This document shows, piece after piece, positions 9,632 to 19,573 of a stretch of 61,169 bases of DNA (positions within the stretch are counted from its first letter, which is position 1; every line of letters starts with the position of its first letter). A program made the position numbers and the translations under genes. The DNA comes from an uncultured archaeon. Its GTDB lineage: Archaea; Thermoproteota; Bathyarchaeia; Bathyarchaeales; DTEX01. The stretch spans positions 1 through 61,169 of the forward strand of contig CALKGV010000027.1 of assembly GCA_938091805.1 (NCBI GenBank). Reading direction: 5' to 3'. The notes beneath the pieces were generated by a model. That model worked only from the letters and a program-made list of their open reading frames with translations, was not told where the DNA came from and searched no databases.

Positions 9632-10870
9632 ATGGTGAAAGGTGAACTGCCACGTCAACCGGAGATAAACATTGGCACCATAGGACATGTGGATCATGGC
9701 AAAACAACCTTAGTTGAAGCCATTACTGGAGTTTGGGCGTCTAGGCATAGCGAAGAGTTAAAGAGAGGGATCACCATAAAGCTAGGATATGCCGACACTG
9801 CGGTTTATAGATGCCCCGTATGCGAAAGCCCGCATAACTATTCGACAAGCGAAATATGCCCAAAATGCGGCTCCAAGGGGGAATTTGTCCGCGCCCTTAG
9901 TTTTGTTGATTCACCAGGCCATGAAGCCTTGATGGCAACTATGCTTTCCGGCGCAGCGGTCATGGATGGGGTCATACTGGTTATAGCTGCCGATGAGCCC
10001 TGTCCTCAACCTCAAACCAGCGAGCACCTTGCCGCAATAGAAATTGTAGGCATTAATAAAATAGTTATAGCTCAAACAAAAATAGATTTAGTTGATAGGA
10101 AGCGTGCGCTTGAAAGCTACAAGGAGATAGTTGATTTTACGAGGGGAACAATAGCGGAGGGGGCTCCAATAATCCCAGTGTCTCCGCTTCATTCAGTTAA
10201 CGTGGATCTGCTGCTTTATGCCCTAGAGAAATATATCCCCACGCCGCCCCGAGATCCAGCTAAGCCGCCGCGCATGTATGTGGTCCGATCGTTTGACGTT
10301 AACAAGCCTGGAACACCGATCGAAAATGTTGTTGGAGGCGTTATAGGAGGATCAATACTGCAGGGAAAATTTAGGGTCAACGATGAGATAGAGATACGCC
10401 CCGGGATCAGCCTATCCGGGGCAAGAGCCGCCTATGAGCCCTTATTTACAAAGATAACTAGCCTTCATGCTGGGGGAAGGTATGTTAATGAGGCTATGTG
10501 TGGCGGCTTAGTTGGCGTAGGCACCCTTCTAGATCCATCATTAACAAAGGCCGATGGACTGACTGGAAACACTGTAGGTAAACCCGGTATGCTTCCGCCG
10601 ATAAGATACGATCTAACCCTGGAGGTCCATCTTTTTGAACGAGTAATCGGAATGAGGGAGCAGATTGAGGTCAAAAATGTAAATTTAGGGGAATCTTTCC
10701 TATTGGATGTTGGAACAGCCATAACCACCGGAACCGTTACACATATTAAAAGCGAAAATGTGGAGATGAAACTTACACGTCCAGTTTGCGCGGAGGAGAA
10801 CTCAAGGATCGCAATAAGCCGGAGGATCTCAGGGAGATGGAGGCTCATCGGCTATGGAATAGTGAAATGA
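9632..10870 (+). CDS. eif2g: Translation initiation factor aIF-2 gamma
   Basis: [27 protein letters not shown], Zn knuckle, DSPGHE, WRLIGYG. Confidence 0.98.
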   Translation: MVKGELPRQPEINIGTIGHVDHGKTTLVEAITGVWASRHSEELKRGITIKLGYADTAVYRCPVCESPHNYSTSEICPKCGSKGEFVRALSFVDSPGHEALMATMLSGAAVMDGVILVIAADEPCPQPQTSEHLAAIEIVGINKIVIAQTKIDLVDRKRALESYKEIVDFTRGTIAEGAPIIPVSPLHSVNVDLLLYALEKYIPTPPRDPAKPPRMYVVRSFDVNKPGTPIENVVGGVIGGSILQGKFRVNDEIEIRPGISLSGARAAYEPLFTKITSLHAGGRYVNEAMCGGLVGVGTLLDPSLTKADGLTGNTVGKPGMLPPIRYDLTLEVHLFERVIGMREQIEVKNVNLGESFLLDVGTAITTGTVTHIKSENVEMKLTRPVCAEENSRIAISRRISGRWRLIGYGIVK

Positions 10871-11056
10871 GCAATATTAGATTAGCCGAGAAATCCAGCG
10901 TCAATACTTTTTGGGCAGAAGTACGCAGCCACACGTGCGCTCAAATTCTAATCCCTTTTCCAATTCCAACTTATGGCTGAAAATGATGCGGCTCCGAAAA
11001 ATAAATATCTTTTAATAAGCATCTAATAAATCCTTTAATGGAGGCTGAGTGACGAA

Positions 11057-11473
11057 TTGGGTGAAAATTTTATCCTAAGAATAGCCAGGGAAGAATGGTT
11101 TAGGCAAGTTTTCACGGTGATGAAGTATTACCCGGGAATTGTTAGGCGCTGGGAGCCAGGCGGCTTAATCTTCTTAGTCAAACGTACTGATAGGGGCGAC
11201 TCATTCGTGGGGTATGGTGTAACAAAGGAGTTTATCAAGAGAGAAGATCTCTCTGAGCATGAAAGAAGAGAATGCGAAAAGATGGGCTGGAAAGGAGCAA
11301 TAGTATTCAATGAGCTATACAGGTTCGATCCGCCCCTGCCAATTAAGGAGACAGCGCTAAGCAGCTTAAGAGCGAAGGGTAAATGCTGGCATGGATATCC
11401 GTTGACAGATGAGCAAATGCACTCAATACTGAATGCTGCTAAAGAGTTATGCGTCATTCAAAAAGTAGGCTGA
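11057..11473 (+). CDS. EVE/PUA-like domain protein
   Basis: PGGLIFLV..FVGYGV..IVF..LYRFDPPLPIKE..GYPLT pattern resembles EVE/PUA-like domains. Confidence 0.55.
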   Translation: MGENFILRIAREEWFRQVFTVMKYYPGIVRRWEPGGLIFLVKRTDRGDSFVGYGVTKEFIKREDLSEHERRECEKMGWKGAIVFNELYRFDPPLPIKETALSSLRAKGKCWHGYPLTDEQMHSILNAAKELCVIQKVG

Positions 11474-11485
11474 AGGCTTTAATAG

Positions 11486-11700
11486 TTGACACTCTCTCCA
11501 CGACTAAAGTCGGGAAATTCTTGCTTCTAAGGTCTTCATCGGTTGGCCGTTCATCGCCCTTTTAGGCTCCCACCTCAACCCCTTCCATCTTAGAAGCAAA
11601 GGGTATGCCACTACCCCCGTTAACGGCTTCCACGGAGTGAATGCCCCGAGCAAGCCCTATATTCAGCTTGCTGGAACCTTCCTGCCCATTTCAGTCCGGA
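11486..11700 (-). ncRNA. Putative TnpB omegaRNA (right-end RNA) scaffold
   Basis: Retained tnpB 3' end/right end with internal stems (TTGCTTCTAAG 11521-31 pairs with CTTAGAAGCAA 11589-99; AGCAAGC/GCTTGCT ~11650-70); boundaries inferred. Confidence 0.5.
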
Positions 11701-11836
11701 GCCTCATTCCAGCCTTTGGACATCCAGGCCACATTTCGAGCGACCCGCGCAAAACATAGTGCGGATGGGACTCGTATAAACCTATCGCCAATTCATCCCA
11801 GAACTAAAGTTCCAGGCTTTCTTGTCGAATTTTACT
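11486..11836 (-). mobile_element. Non-autonomous IS200/IS605-family element (tnpB 3' remnant plus both ends)
   Basis: Minus strand: TTAC|...AAAG-CCTGGAACTTTAGTTCTGGG left hairpin; GAAT-TTCCCGACTTTAGTCGTGGAG...TCAA right end; residual TnpB-like tail LNIG../GVVAYPLLLRW..EARISRL*. Confidence 0.85.
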
Positions 11837-11874
11837 GTAAGTAACCCCCTAAAAGTGGGTAATAAACAATGTAT

Positions 11875-12411
11875 TTAAAAACTTTCATAGTGCACTATTT
11901 CCCTAAGCGCCCTTTTATGAGGCGGGCTTGGCTTCTCGGCTGGATGACCAATAGGTATTATTGCAACAGGCCTTAAACCTCTTGGCATTTTCAATATTCT
12001 CCCAACTTCATCCTCATAGAATGCGCCAACCCAGCATGCTCCTAAGCCGAGCGCGCATGCTGCCAAGAGCATATTTTCAATGGCCGCCGCAGTATCCTGT
12101 ATGCAATACAGTTTTGCTCCCCGACTCCCATAGGTCCAGCTGGATCTAACCTCATCTGCGCAGACAACTATTACGACTGGCGCTTTCTCTATGAATGCCT
12201 GGTTTAGGGCGGCTTTAGCAATTTCCTTTTTAGTTTCAGGCTTTCTAATTATGATGAACTCCCATGGCTGGATATTTCCAGCTGAAGGAGCCCATCTGGC
12301 GGCTTCAAGAATCTTCTCAAGGTCCTCGTTTGATATATCCTCAGACGTGAAGGAACGTATGCTCCTTCTAGATTTGAAAAGGTCAAATATATCCAGTCTC
12401 AGATCCTCCAA
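11875..12411 (-). CDS. Nitroreductase family protein
   Basis: RRSIRSF, APSAGNIQPWEF, LGLGACWVG. Confidence 0.92.
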   Translation of the reverse strand: MEDLRLDIFDLFKSRRSIRSFTSEDISNEDLEKILEAARWAPSAGNIQPWEFIIIRKPETKKEIAKAALNQAFIEKAPVVIVVCADEVRSSWTYGSRGAKLYCIQDTAAAIENMLLAACALGLGACWVGAFYEDEVGRILKMPRGLRPVAIIPIGHPAEKPSPPHKRALREIVHYESF

Positions 12412-12530
12412 ATATTGCTAATAAATTTTTCTTACTTGGAGAATATATGCATGTCGACTTGCAATATCTCCTCATGTTAGAAACCCTATTATTTATTCCT
12501 AAACCACTTAGGCTCTAGGATGGTGATACA

Positions 12531-13139
12531 TTGACGAATGATTTTTCGGAAAGATGGAATGGTGAAAGAGGCGGATTGAAGGGCGCGCTTCATCCAATTA
12601 AGCCTCTGAAAAACCAGATGAACAAGGCTATTATGGGCCTTGAGCGTCAAGCGAATAAGGTAAGCGGCTACATTGAGCATTATGCAAAGCGCGAGGAAGA
12701 ACTAATGGAGAGGCTTATCAAAGCCTACGAAGCACGCAATGAAACCAAAGCGAAGCAGATTGCTGAGGAGCTCGCTGAATTGCGTAAACATAAACTCATG
12801 TTAATAAATTCCGAGTTATCTCTAAACATGGCTTTACTTAGGCTCCGCACAGTATATGAATTTGGGAATTTTATGTCTGTTGTGGGCTCCGCGAAAGAAA
12901 CCGTGCAGAAGGTGCGTTCGAAAATTCTTAATTTAGCTCCTGATGTAAGCTATGAGCTGAACAAGGTTGAAGCTACACTTAATGATTTGATGCTGGAGGC
13001 TGACCGGGATTTTAATTTAAACTTAAATTTTGATACGGTGGGTGAGGAGGCGGAAGAAATTTTAAGGGAGGCATCTATGCTTGTTGAGAGCGGGGTGAAA
13101 AGAAAGTTTCCGTTTTCTCCAGATGAGAAGAACAAATAA
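12531..13139 (+). CDS. CdvB-like ESCRT-III (Snf7) protein
   Basis: PLK..I..L coiled coil, AEELAELRK, LRLRTV.EFG, EEAEEILREA..VKRKFP C-terminus typical of archaeal CdvB paralogs. Confidence 0.8.
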   Translation: MTNDFSERWNGERGGLKGALHPIKPLKNQMNKAIMGLERQANKVSGYIEHYAKREEELMERLIKAYEARNETKAKQIAEELAELRKHKLMLINSELSLNMALLRLRTVYEFGNFMSVVGSAKETVQKVRSKILNLAPDVSYELNKVEATLNDLMLEADRDFNLNLNFDTVGEEAEEILREASMLVESGVKRKFPFSPDEKNK

Positions 13140-13158
13140 GGGCTGTGAACGGCACATT

Positions 13159-13668
13159 TTATATTGTCATTTCTATCTCACTTATGCTTCCTGCGTCAAG
13201 GCTACATATGTCTTCTATCTCGTAAACATTATCGTTCATGTCCGTTATAACGATTCTATTACCTATTTGCATAACGCTCATCCTTCCTCTAGTTTTAAAT
13301 TTTCTTGGACCTTTATCGGTTAATACATTCCATAAAAATTCATCTCCGCTAGTCTCGATTTTCTCAATTTTTAAAATTCGCGGGATAAAGTAGATTTTAT
13401 CTAAGAGCGCTTTTAGGTTTCTCATCGATTCCTCATCCAGTTCCTTATAGTTCTTTAATATGCATAAGTCTATGCCATAGGTATCCCTGAATATTATGAA
13501 CTCCGGACATGTTATTGGAAAAGGCTTCGCTGGCATAAGCCCGGATAGAACTTTTCCATCAACAACTATTCTGAGAGCATCATCGTGCTCGTCAAATAGC
13601 ACCTTCACCTTCTTCGGATCTAGAATATTAAGGCTCTTCAAGAAATCAGATAATGGCATCCTTCTCAC
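13159..13668 (-). CDS. DUF1854 family protein
   Basis: PFPIT.PEFI, YFIPRI..I, W.V.TDKG, ITDMNDN.YEI.D..LD; overlaps the ABC gene stop. Confidence 0.8.
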   Translation of the reverse strand: MRRMPLSDFLKSLNILDPKKVKVLFDEHDDALRIVVDGKVLSGLMPAKPFPITCPEFIIFRDTYGIDLCILKNYKELDEESMRNLKALLDKIYFIPRILKIEKIETSGDEFLWNVLTDKGPRKFKTRGRMSVMQIGNRIVITDMNDNVYEIEDICSLDAGSISEIEMTI

Positions 13669-15833
13669 CTCTTAATGGCGCCCACCATGATGGCTTCTTC
13701 CGTAAATTGAGCCCTATAAAGCTGACTGTATAACCCGCCGGACTTCATGAGTTCCTCATGTGTGCCAACCTCAACGATTTTGCCCTTATCCATGACGACT
13801 ATTCTATCGGCGTTCTGTAGGGTTGACAATCTATGCGCAATTATAATGGTTGTTCTGCCCTTAGCGAGGTTCTCCATTGCCTCCTGAATCTTTTTCTCAG
13901 TTAAAGTATCGACCGAAGAGGTTGCCTCGTCAAGTATCAATATTTTAGGCTCAGTTAATATGGTTCTCGCTATTGCAACGCGCTGTCTCTCACCGCCAGA
14001 AAGCCTCCATCCTCTATCACCAACATTCGTGTCGTAGGCTAAAGGCTGATTCATGGCGAATTCATGGACATTCGCGGCTTTTCCGGCGGCAACTATCTCC
14101 TCCGGCGTTGCTTCCTGCTTACCATAAGCAATGTTGTAGGCTATTGAACCATAGAATAATGTGGGGTCCTGCAGAACTAGACCTATTTGAGATCTTAAAC
14201 ATTTGAGTTTTATCTTTCTTATGTCAACACCATCAATATATATGGCTCCCTCAGTTGGATCATAGAAGCGCAACAGCAGCTTAGTTAATGTTGTTTTTCC
14301 CGATCCGCTTGGTCCAACTATGCCTATTTTTTCCCCAGGCTTGATCTCAAGATCTATATTGCTCAATACTGGAACATAGGGGTTGTATCCGAAACTTACA
14401 TTCTTAAATGTTATCGCCCCATTAAAGGTGAATTCTACAGCATCAGGAGCATCTTTAATGTCCGGCTCAACTTGCATTATTTCCAAAATCCTCTCGCTTG
14501 ATGTGAGCGATGATTGTAGGGGTTCAAAGAGATTGCTTATGGTTTGTATGGGGCCATAGAACATGCCCATGTAGCTTACAAACGCTATCAGCGAACCAAA
14601 CGTTATCTGCTCCTCCAGCACCTCGTGTCCACCAATCCACCAAACGATAGCTGTGCCGGTTGATATTGAAAAGCCTAGTAGCGGAAAGAACTTTATGTGA
14701 AGCAATGTAATTTTAAGGTTTGCTTTAACAAGATTACTCATCCTTTCAATAAGCCTTTTTAGCTCAAACTTTTCTTGAGTGAATGTTTTAACAACAATTA
14801 TCCCCGGAATCGTATCCCATAAGAGTGAACTTACATCAGCCCATCTGCGCCAAGCCTTATGATAAACTTTATGCGATCTCTTTCTGAATAGCGGTATGCC
14901 GACAACAATTATGGGTATAGGTAATAGCGCAAAAAGGGCTAGGTTTAAATTCATCGAGAATATTATTACACCAATTCCTATTATCTGCAAAGTGCTTGTG
15001 ATCAGCGTTTGGGTCCCCCACGTTAAAAACCACTGGACCCTTCCAACATCATCTGTAACTCTTGTCATAACACGTCCAGAAGTCATTCTATCATAGAAAG
15101 CGAGAGACAGCACTTGTAGGTGCTCATAAATTTTTATTCTCATGTTATAAATTATTCTCTGCCCAAGATAGGATAGGGTGTAGTTTTGAGCAGCGCCTAA
15201 ACCCGCATTAAGCGCATAGACCGATATGAAGGCTATCACAATATAGGTGAGCATGCTGATGTTTCTTTTAGCAAAAACATCATCAAGGAGAATTTTCATG
15301 AGGTATGGCGGTGTTAAGTTTAGGGCTGTAATAGACAGCGATAGTATTACCGCTAGGATCACATAGTGAATGTGGGGTTTTAAGAAACCTATTAGCCAAA
15401 GAAGAGCCTGAGTCTTTTTCACATCGCTCTTTTTAACTAACAATTCTTCTAGAACTCTCGAGTCTACGTTTTCAGGGCTCAATTCTTTTTTAGCAATTTT
15501 ATCTATGATCTTAGCCATGTTATAAAAGCTATCTAAATATTCACGGGAAAAGCGTATTGTGCTTCTGAATCCACTATAGGTCTCCAGAATTAGCTCAGAG
15601 TTGCCGATGTAGTCTTTAACGAACGCTGAGCGGATCTCGCTTAATGGAACTCGCTCGATGCTTTTTGTTATCGGGTTCAAAATTATAATTTCATCCCTAG
15701 TTAAGATAAGCCATCTTTCACCGAAATTTCCATTTTCATCAATATCGCTTGAAACATAATGGATGATTTCTTCCTCATTGAGAAGCGATTTTATTAAATT
15801 CATCCTGTTTAAAGTCCATTTTTCATCCGTCAA
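13665..15833 (-). CDS. ABC exporter, fused permease/ATPase with N-terminal extra domain (DUF1854-associated type)
   Basis: TM domain plus GPSGSGKTT, LSGGERQR, ILDEATS, IAHRLST; N-terminal SSDID..GERWLILT domain. Confidence 0.92.
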   Translation of the reverse strand: MTDEKWTLNRMNLIKSLLNEEEIIHYVSSDIDENGNFGERWLILTRDEIIILNPITKSIERVPLSEIRSAFVKDYIGNSELILETYSGFRSTIRFSREYLDSFYNMAKIIDKIAKKELSPENVDSRVLEELLVKKSDVKKTQALLWLIGFLKPHIHYVILAVILSLSITALNLTPPYLMKILLDDVFAKRNISMLTYIVIAFISVYALNAGLGAAQNYTLSYLGQRIIYNMRIKIYEHLQVLSLAFYDRMTSGRVMTRVTDDVGRVQWFLTWGTQTLITSTLQIIGIGVIIFSMNLNLALFALLPIPIIVVGIPLFRKRSHKVYHKAWRRWADVSSLLWDTIPGIIVVKTFTQEKFELKRLIERMSNLVKANLKITLLHIKFFPLLGFSISTGTAIVWWIGGHEVLEEQITFGSLIAFVSYMGMFYGPIQTISNLFEPLQSSLTSSERILEIMQVEPDIKDAPDAVEFTFNGAITFKNVSFGYNPYVPVLSNIDLEIKPGEKIGIVGPSGSGKTTLTKLLLRFYDPTEGAIYIDGVDIRKIKLKCLRSQIGLVLQDPTLFYGSIAYNIAYGKQEATPEEIVAAGKAANVHEFAMNQPLAYDTNVGDRGWRLSGGERQRVAIARTILTEPKILILDEATSSVDTLTEKKIQEAMENLAKGRTTIIIAHRLSTLQNADRIVVMDKGKIVEVGTHEELMKSGGLYSQLYRAQFTEEAIMVGAIKR

Positions 15834-16074
15834 TTGCCATATTTTCCTCCTCTAGGAGGAGCTGTACTTTTGATGAATAACAAATCTTAGTAATAAGTTT
15901 TCTCATCAATTAAACAGTATTCATATTACTGGTTTAATCTTCATAGCCCAATCTTAACTCTGCTTTTAAATTAGGTCTCATTATCTTCTTTTAAATTAAT
16001 CCGCAAGTTTAAAAGTAACATTACTAAATCTTTTCTAGGAAAAGAAACTAATGTAAAAGTGTGGGGAAGCAGGC

Positions 16075-17073
16075 GTGAAATATCGTGTTTTAGGGAGAAC
16101 GGGTTTGATGGTCTCTGAGTTAGGTATCGGTGGACATGAATATAGGCGGCCTCTTCCAACAACGCTTTCTAAATGGGGAGAGATGGACATGGGGAAGTTT
16201 GCGTCGACGCAGCCCATGAGAAACGAGATTGTCAAGAGGGCTGTAGAGGCTGGAATAAACTACTTTGATACAACGCATATGGAGGAGGTTATGTCGCTAG
16301 GTAACGCCCTAAAATTCCTTGGAATTGAAAGAGAGAAGATTTACATTGCCGCTATGATAGTCTTTCCATTCAGAAAGATGGGGGAGAACCCTAGATCTAA
16401 ATGGGTGGATATCATCAAGGACGGGATGGAGAGAATCCTAAATGCTTTACACACAATCTACGTTGACATTTTCAATCTACATTTCCCAGAGAATGATTAC
16501 TCAAGGGAGAAATTCAGCGTCTTCATGAACATTGTTGCAGAAGCGAAGAAGGAAGGCAAAGTGAGATGGATAGGTGCCTCAAGCCATGAGCCTCGATTTT
16601 TAGCTGAACTCATAAGAAAATATGACTGTTTTGATGTAATAATGGTGAGATACAATTATCACCTTCAGGAGGCTAGAGACGTTCTTTTCCCGCTTTGTAG
16701 GGCGATGGAAATCGGCGTGGTCGCAATGAAACCCTTTTGCTGGCCCTATTATGGGATACCGTTCATAAAGTTTGGGCCTGTTAAGGGAGAGGAGGGAAGC
16801 CCATATACGCCAGCTCAGCTATGCCTAAAATGGATTCTTAAGTCTCCAGAGATCTCAACAGTTGTGCCATCAATGAACAGTCTAAATGAGCTGGAGGAGA
16901 ATTTAGATGGGATATCGAAAGAGGGAAAGATAGATGAGAAAATATTAAGCGAATACTTGAATGCGGCTACAGGTCCAGAGGCGAAGGAAAAACTTAAGAA
17001 AATGATGAGCGACCCAAACATTGATATAAGGTTCTTCGCTGAGAGAGCCTTATCTGAGATGGGAGCAAGATAA
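16075..17073 (+). CDS. Aldo/keto reductase family protein
   Basis: YRVLGRTGLMVSELGIG, GINYFDT, GKVRWIGASSH, VAMKP. Confidence 0.85.
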   Translation: MKYRVLGRTGLMVSELGIGGHEYRRPLPTTLSKWGEMDMGKFASTQPMRNEIVKRAVEAGINYFDTTHMEEVMSLGNALKFLGIEREKIYIAAMIVFPFRKMGENPRSKWVDIIKDGMERILNALHTIYVDIFNLHFPENDYSREKFSVFMNIVAEAKKEGKVRWIGASSHEPRFLAELIRKYDCFDVIMVRYNYHLQEARDVLFPLCRAMEIGVVAMKPFCWPYYGIPFIKFGPVKGEEGSPYTPAQLCLKWILKSPEISTVVPSMNSLNELEENLDGISKEGKIDEKILSEYLNAATGPEAKEKLKKMMSDPNIDIRFFAERALSEMGAR

Positions 17074-17224
17074 GTTTCTTAAAAAGAAGATGGAAGGTTG
17101 AAGATTACTCGCCAACGCATCATCATACCTTAAGGGGCATACACCTCGTCTCAAGAAATTCTTATTGGTGAAGTCCAGACCATAATGAAGTGTTTATAAA
17201 AATTCTTATATTTTTTAGCCGCTT

Positions 17225-18238
17225 ATGCTAGGCTTGGTGTCCGCCTTGGAGAGATTAAAGGTTGGTTTCATAGGCTGTGGTGGAATAGCTTCGGCTCACG
17301 CTGAGAGACTTAAAGGCGTGAAAGAGGTGCGTATGGTGGCATTCGCTGATGTGGCTGAAGATAGGGCGAAACTGTTCTCCTCCGAGTATGGTGGAAGACC
17401 CTACAAAGATTGGCGTGAAATGCTGGATAGAGAGAACCTGGACATTGTTTATATTTGTCTACCGCCATTCGCCCATACGGATGAGGTTATGGTGGCGGCG
17501 GAGAAGGGCATTAACATATTTATTGAGAAACCCATCGCTCTAGATATGGATCTTGCGAAGCGTATGGTGAGGTCCGTGGAGAAAAGCGGGGTTAAGAGTC
17601 AAGTTGGCTATAATTGCAGGTTCGGGTATGCCATTGAAGAAACTAAAAGGCTTATACAGAACGGTGAAGCTGGCGATGCTGGGCTTTTTCTAGGAATGTA
17701 TTGGTGCCATTTTATGAGGTGGGACTGGTGGAAGGATAGGAGTAAAAGCGGCGGGCAGCTCGTTGAGCAATCCACGCATGTCTATGACATTGCCCGATAC
17801 CTCTGCGGCGAAGTTGATGTTGTCTATGGTCAGATGAACCGCAAATTCTGGAAGGATTCGCCAGACATAACAATAGAGGATTTAAGCAGCGTAACCTTCA
17901 AATTTAAGTCCGGCGCCCTAGGCGCCATAACAGCAACTCTCTGGGGTGCTTATGGGCAATGGTGGCTCAGATGGCATCTGGTGACAAAAAATTATACTAT
18001 TGAATCTAGAGACACGAATACTCTAACGTTGTATTCGACAAGTCCTCCCCAAAAGACCGTAACCGTCTATGAGGAGAGAGATACGTATCTTCTTGAGGCA
18101 AAAGATTTAGTTAAGGCGATTCTGGAAGATAAAAGCACTAGAACGCCTATAGAAGAGGGGGCGAAAACCTTAGAGTTCACATTGGCAGCGGTTAAATCCA
18201 TGGAGACAGGAAAACCAACCGCTTTACCGCTAGGCTAA
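17225..18238 (+). CDS. Gfo/Idh/MocA family oxidoreductase
   Basis: GFIGCGGIA, EKPIA, SGGQLVEQSTH. Confidence 0.92.
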   Translation: MLGLVSALERLKVGFIGCGGIASAHAERLKGVKEVRMVAFADVAEDRAKLFSSEYGGRPYKDWREMLDRENLDIVYICLPPFAHTDEVMVAAEKGINIFIEKPIALDMDLAKRMVRSVEKSGVKSQVGYNCRFGYAIEETKRLIQNGEAGDAGLFLGMYWCHFMRWDWWKDRSKSGGQLVEQSTHVYDIARYLCGEVDVVYGQMNRKFWKDSPDITIEDLSSVTFKFKSGALGAITATLWGAYGQWWLRWHLVTKNYTIESRDTNTLTLYSTSPPQKTVTVYEERDTYLLEAKDLVKAILEDKSTRTPIEEGAKTLEFTLAAVKSMETGKPTALPLG

Positions 18239-18265
18239 AAAGGTTCTCGGCAAGGATGTGAGAGA

Positions 18266-19066
18266 TTGAAGCGAGGGGTTAACGCGTGGATTTATCCCTC
18301 AAGTTTCAAATTTGAGAATGTGCTGCAAGTTTCGAGGAACATTGGATTTGACGGCGTAGAGCTTAACCTGGATGAAGAGATGCTGAAGATCGATAAAAGG
18401 GGAAGAGGCGAGATAGCTGATTTGGCTAAATCTCTCGGTTTAGAGTTGCCAAGTCTTTGCACTGGATTATTCTGGAAATATAATCTTGCAAGTCCAGACG
18501 CGAATATAAGGAAGAAAGGCGTAGAATTAATAAAGCAGGGGTGTGGTTTCGCCGCAGATATAAACGCCTCAATCTTTCTAGTGGTTCCTGGTGTTGCCAC
18601 CCCTGAAATCTCCTATCAAGACTTGTGGAAGCTTTCCAAGGAAAGCATTTTAGAGGCTGCTAAGACGGCTGAAGAGTATGGCGTAATAATAGGTGTTGAA
18701 AATGTGTGGAATAGATTTCTTTATAGTCCATTGGAGTTTCGAAGTTTCATCGAGGAGATTGGACATCCGAACGTTAAGGTTTATTTTGATGTTGGAAACG
18801 CTTTCTTTCTAGGTCATCTGGAGCATTGGATAAGGCATTTAGCCGACCTAATCGTCTGCGTACATATTAAAGATTTTCAGATGTCGACGATGCAATTTAA
18901 GCCTCTATTTCAAGGAGATATATCATGGCCTCGAGTCATGAAAGCCCTCAGCGAAGTAGGCTATAGAGGATTCTTAAATGTTGAATTAGGTCCTTATTTA
19001 GGGCATCCATTGAAGGCTGCCATGGACTCGAAGACAGCGTTGGATATAATGCTCAGCATGGTGTAA
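18266..19066 (+). CDS. Sugar phosphate isomerase/epimerase (AP-endonuclease 2 TIM barrel)
   Basis: GFDGVEL, ENVWN, YFDVGN, HIKD, GFLNVE. Confidence 0.9.
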   Translation: MKRGVNAWIYPSSFKFENVLQVSRNIGFDGVELNLDEEMLKIDKRGRGEIADLAKSLGLELPSLCTGLFWKYNLASPDANIRKKGVELIKQGCGFAADINASIFLVVPGVATPEISYQDLWKLSKESILEAAKTAEEYGVIIGVENVWNRFLYSPLEFRSFIEEIGHPNVKVYFDVGNAFFLGHLEHWIRHLADLIVCVHIKDFQMSTMQFKPLFQGDISWPRVMKALSEVGYRGFLNVELGPYLGHPLKAAMDSKTALDIMLSMV

Positions 19067-19236
19067 GGGGACGCCCACTTTATTTCTGCCACAATATGGA
19101 AATAGTATTTCTAAGCGTCTTCATGTTTAAGCTTAATCTTAAAAATTCCACATTTTCTCTTATAACACCGTAAGATATTTATTTGGTTGAGTTGCAATAG
19201 TGCATGAAATATGACTAGGGAGTGAGGCGGTAAATC

Positions 19237-19512
19237 TTGTCAGAAAGCAACTCTGTGCTAATTGGGCGAAAACCAGTAATGAACTACGTGCTGGCCTGCA
19301 TAACGTTATTCCACGGCGGAGCGAAGGAAGTAAACATTAAGGCTAGAGGGCGAGCAATAAGCAGAGCCGTCGATGTTGCAGAGATTATCCGAAGGAAATT
19401 CCTGTCAGACGTCAAGGTAAGAAACATTGACATAGGCACTGAGCAAGTTCAATCTAGTAATAGGAATGCTCCGACAAACGTTAGTACAATAGAGATAACG
19501 CTGGTTCGCTGA
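19237..19512 (+). CDS. albA: Chromatin/RNA-binding protein Alba
   Basis: [33 protein letters not shown]. Confidence 0.97.
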   Translation: MSESNSVLIGRKPVMNYVLACITLFHGGAKEVNIKARGRAISRAVDVAEIIRRKFLSDVKVRNIDIGTEQVQSSNRNAPTNVSTIEITLVR

Positions 19513-19573
19513 ATCGTTTAGATGATGCGGTGCTCCGCCGCCCCTCCTCTATTTTTGGAGGGATCAGAGGAAG

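Noticed and set aside
11641..11844. 67-aa plus-strand ORF
   Set aside because: Antisense to the IS200/IS605 remnant and spans its end hairpin.
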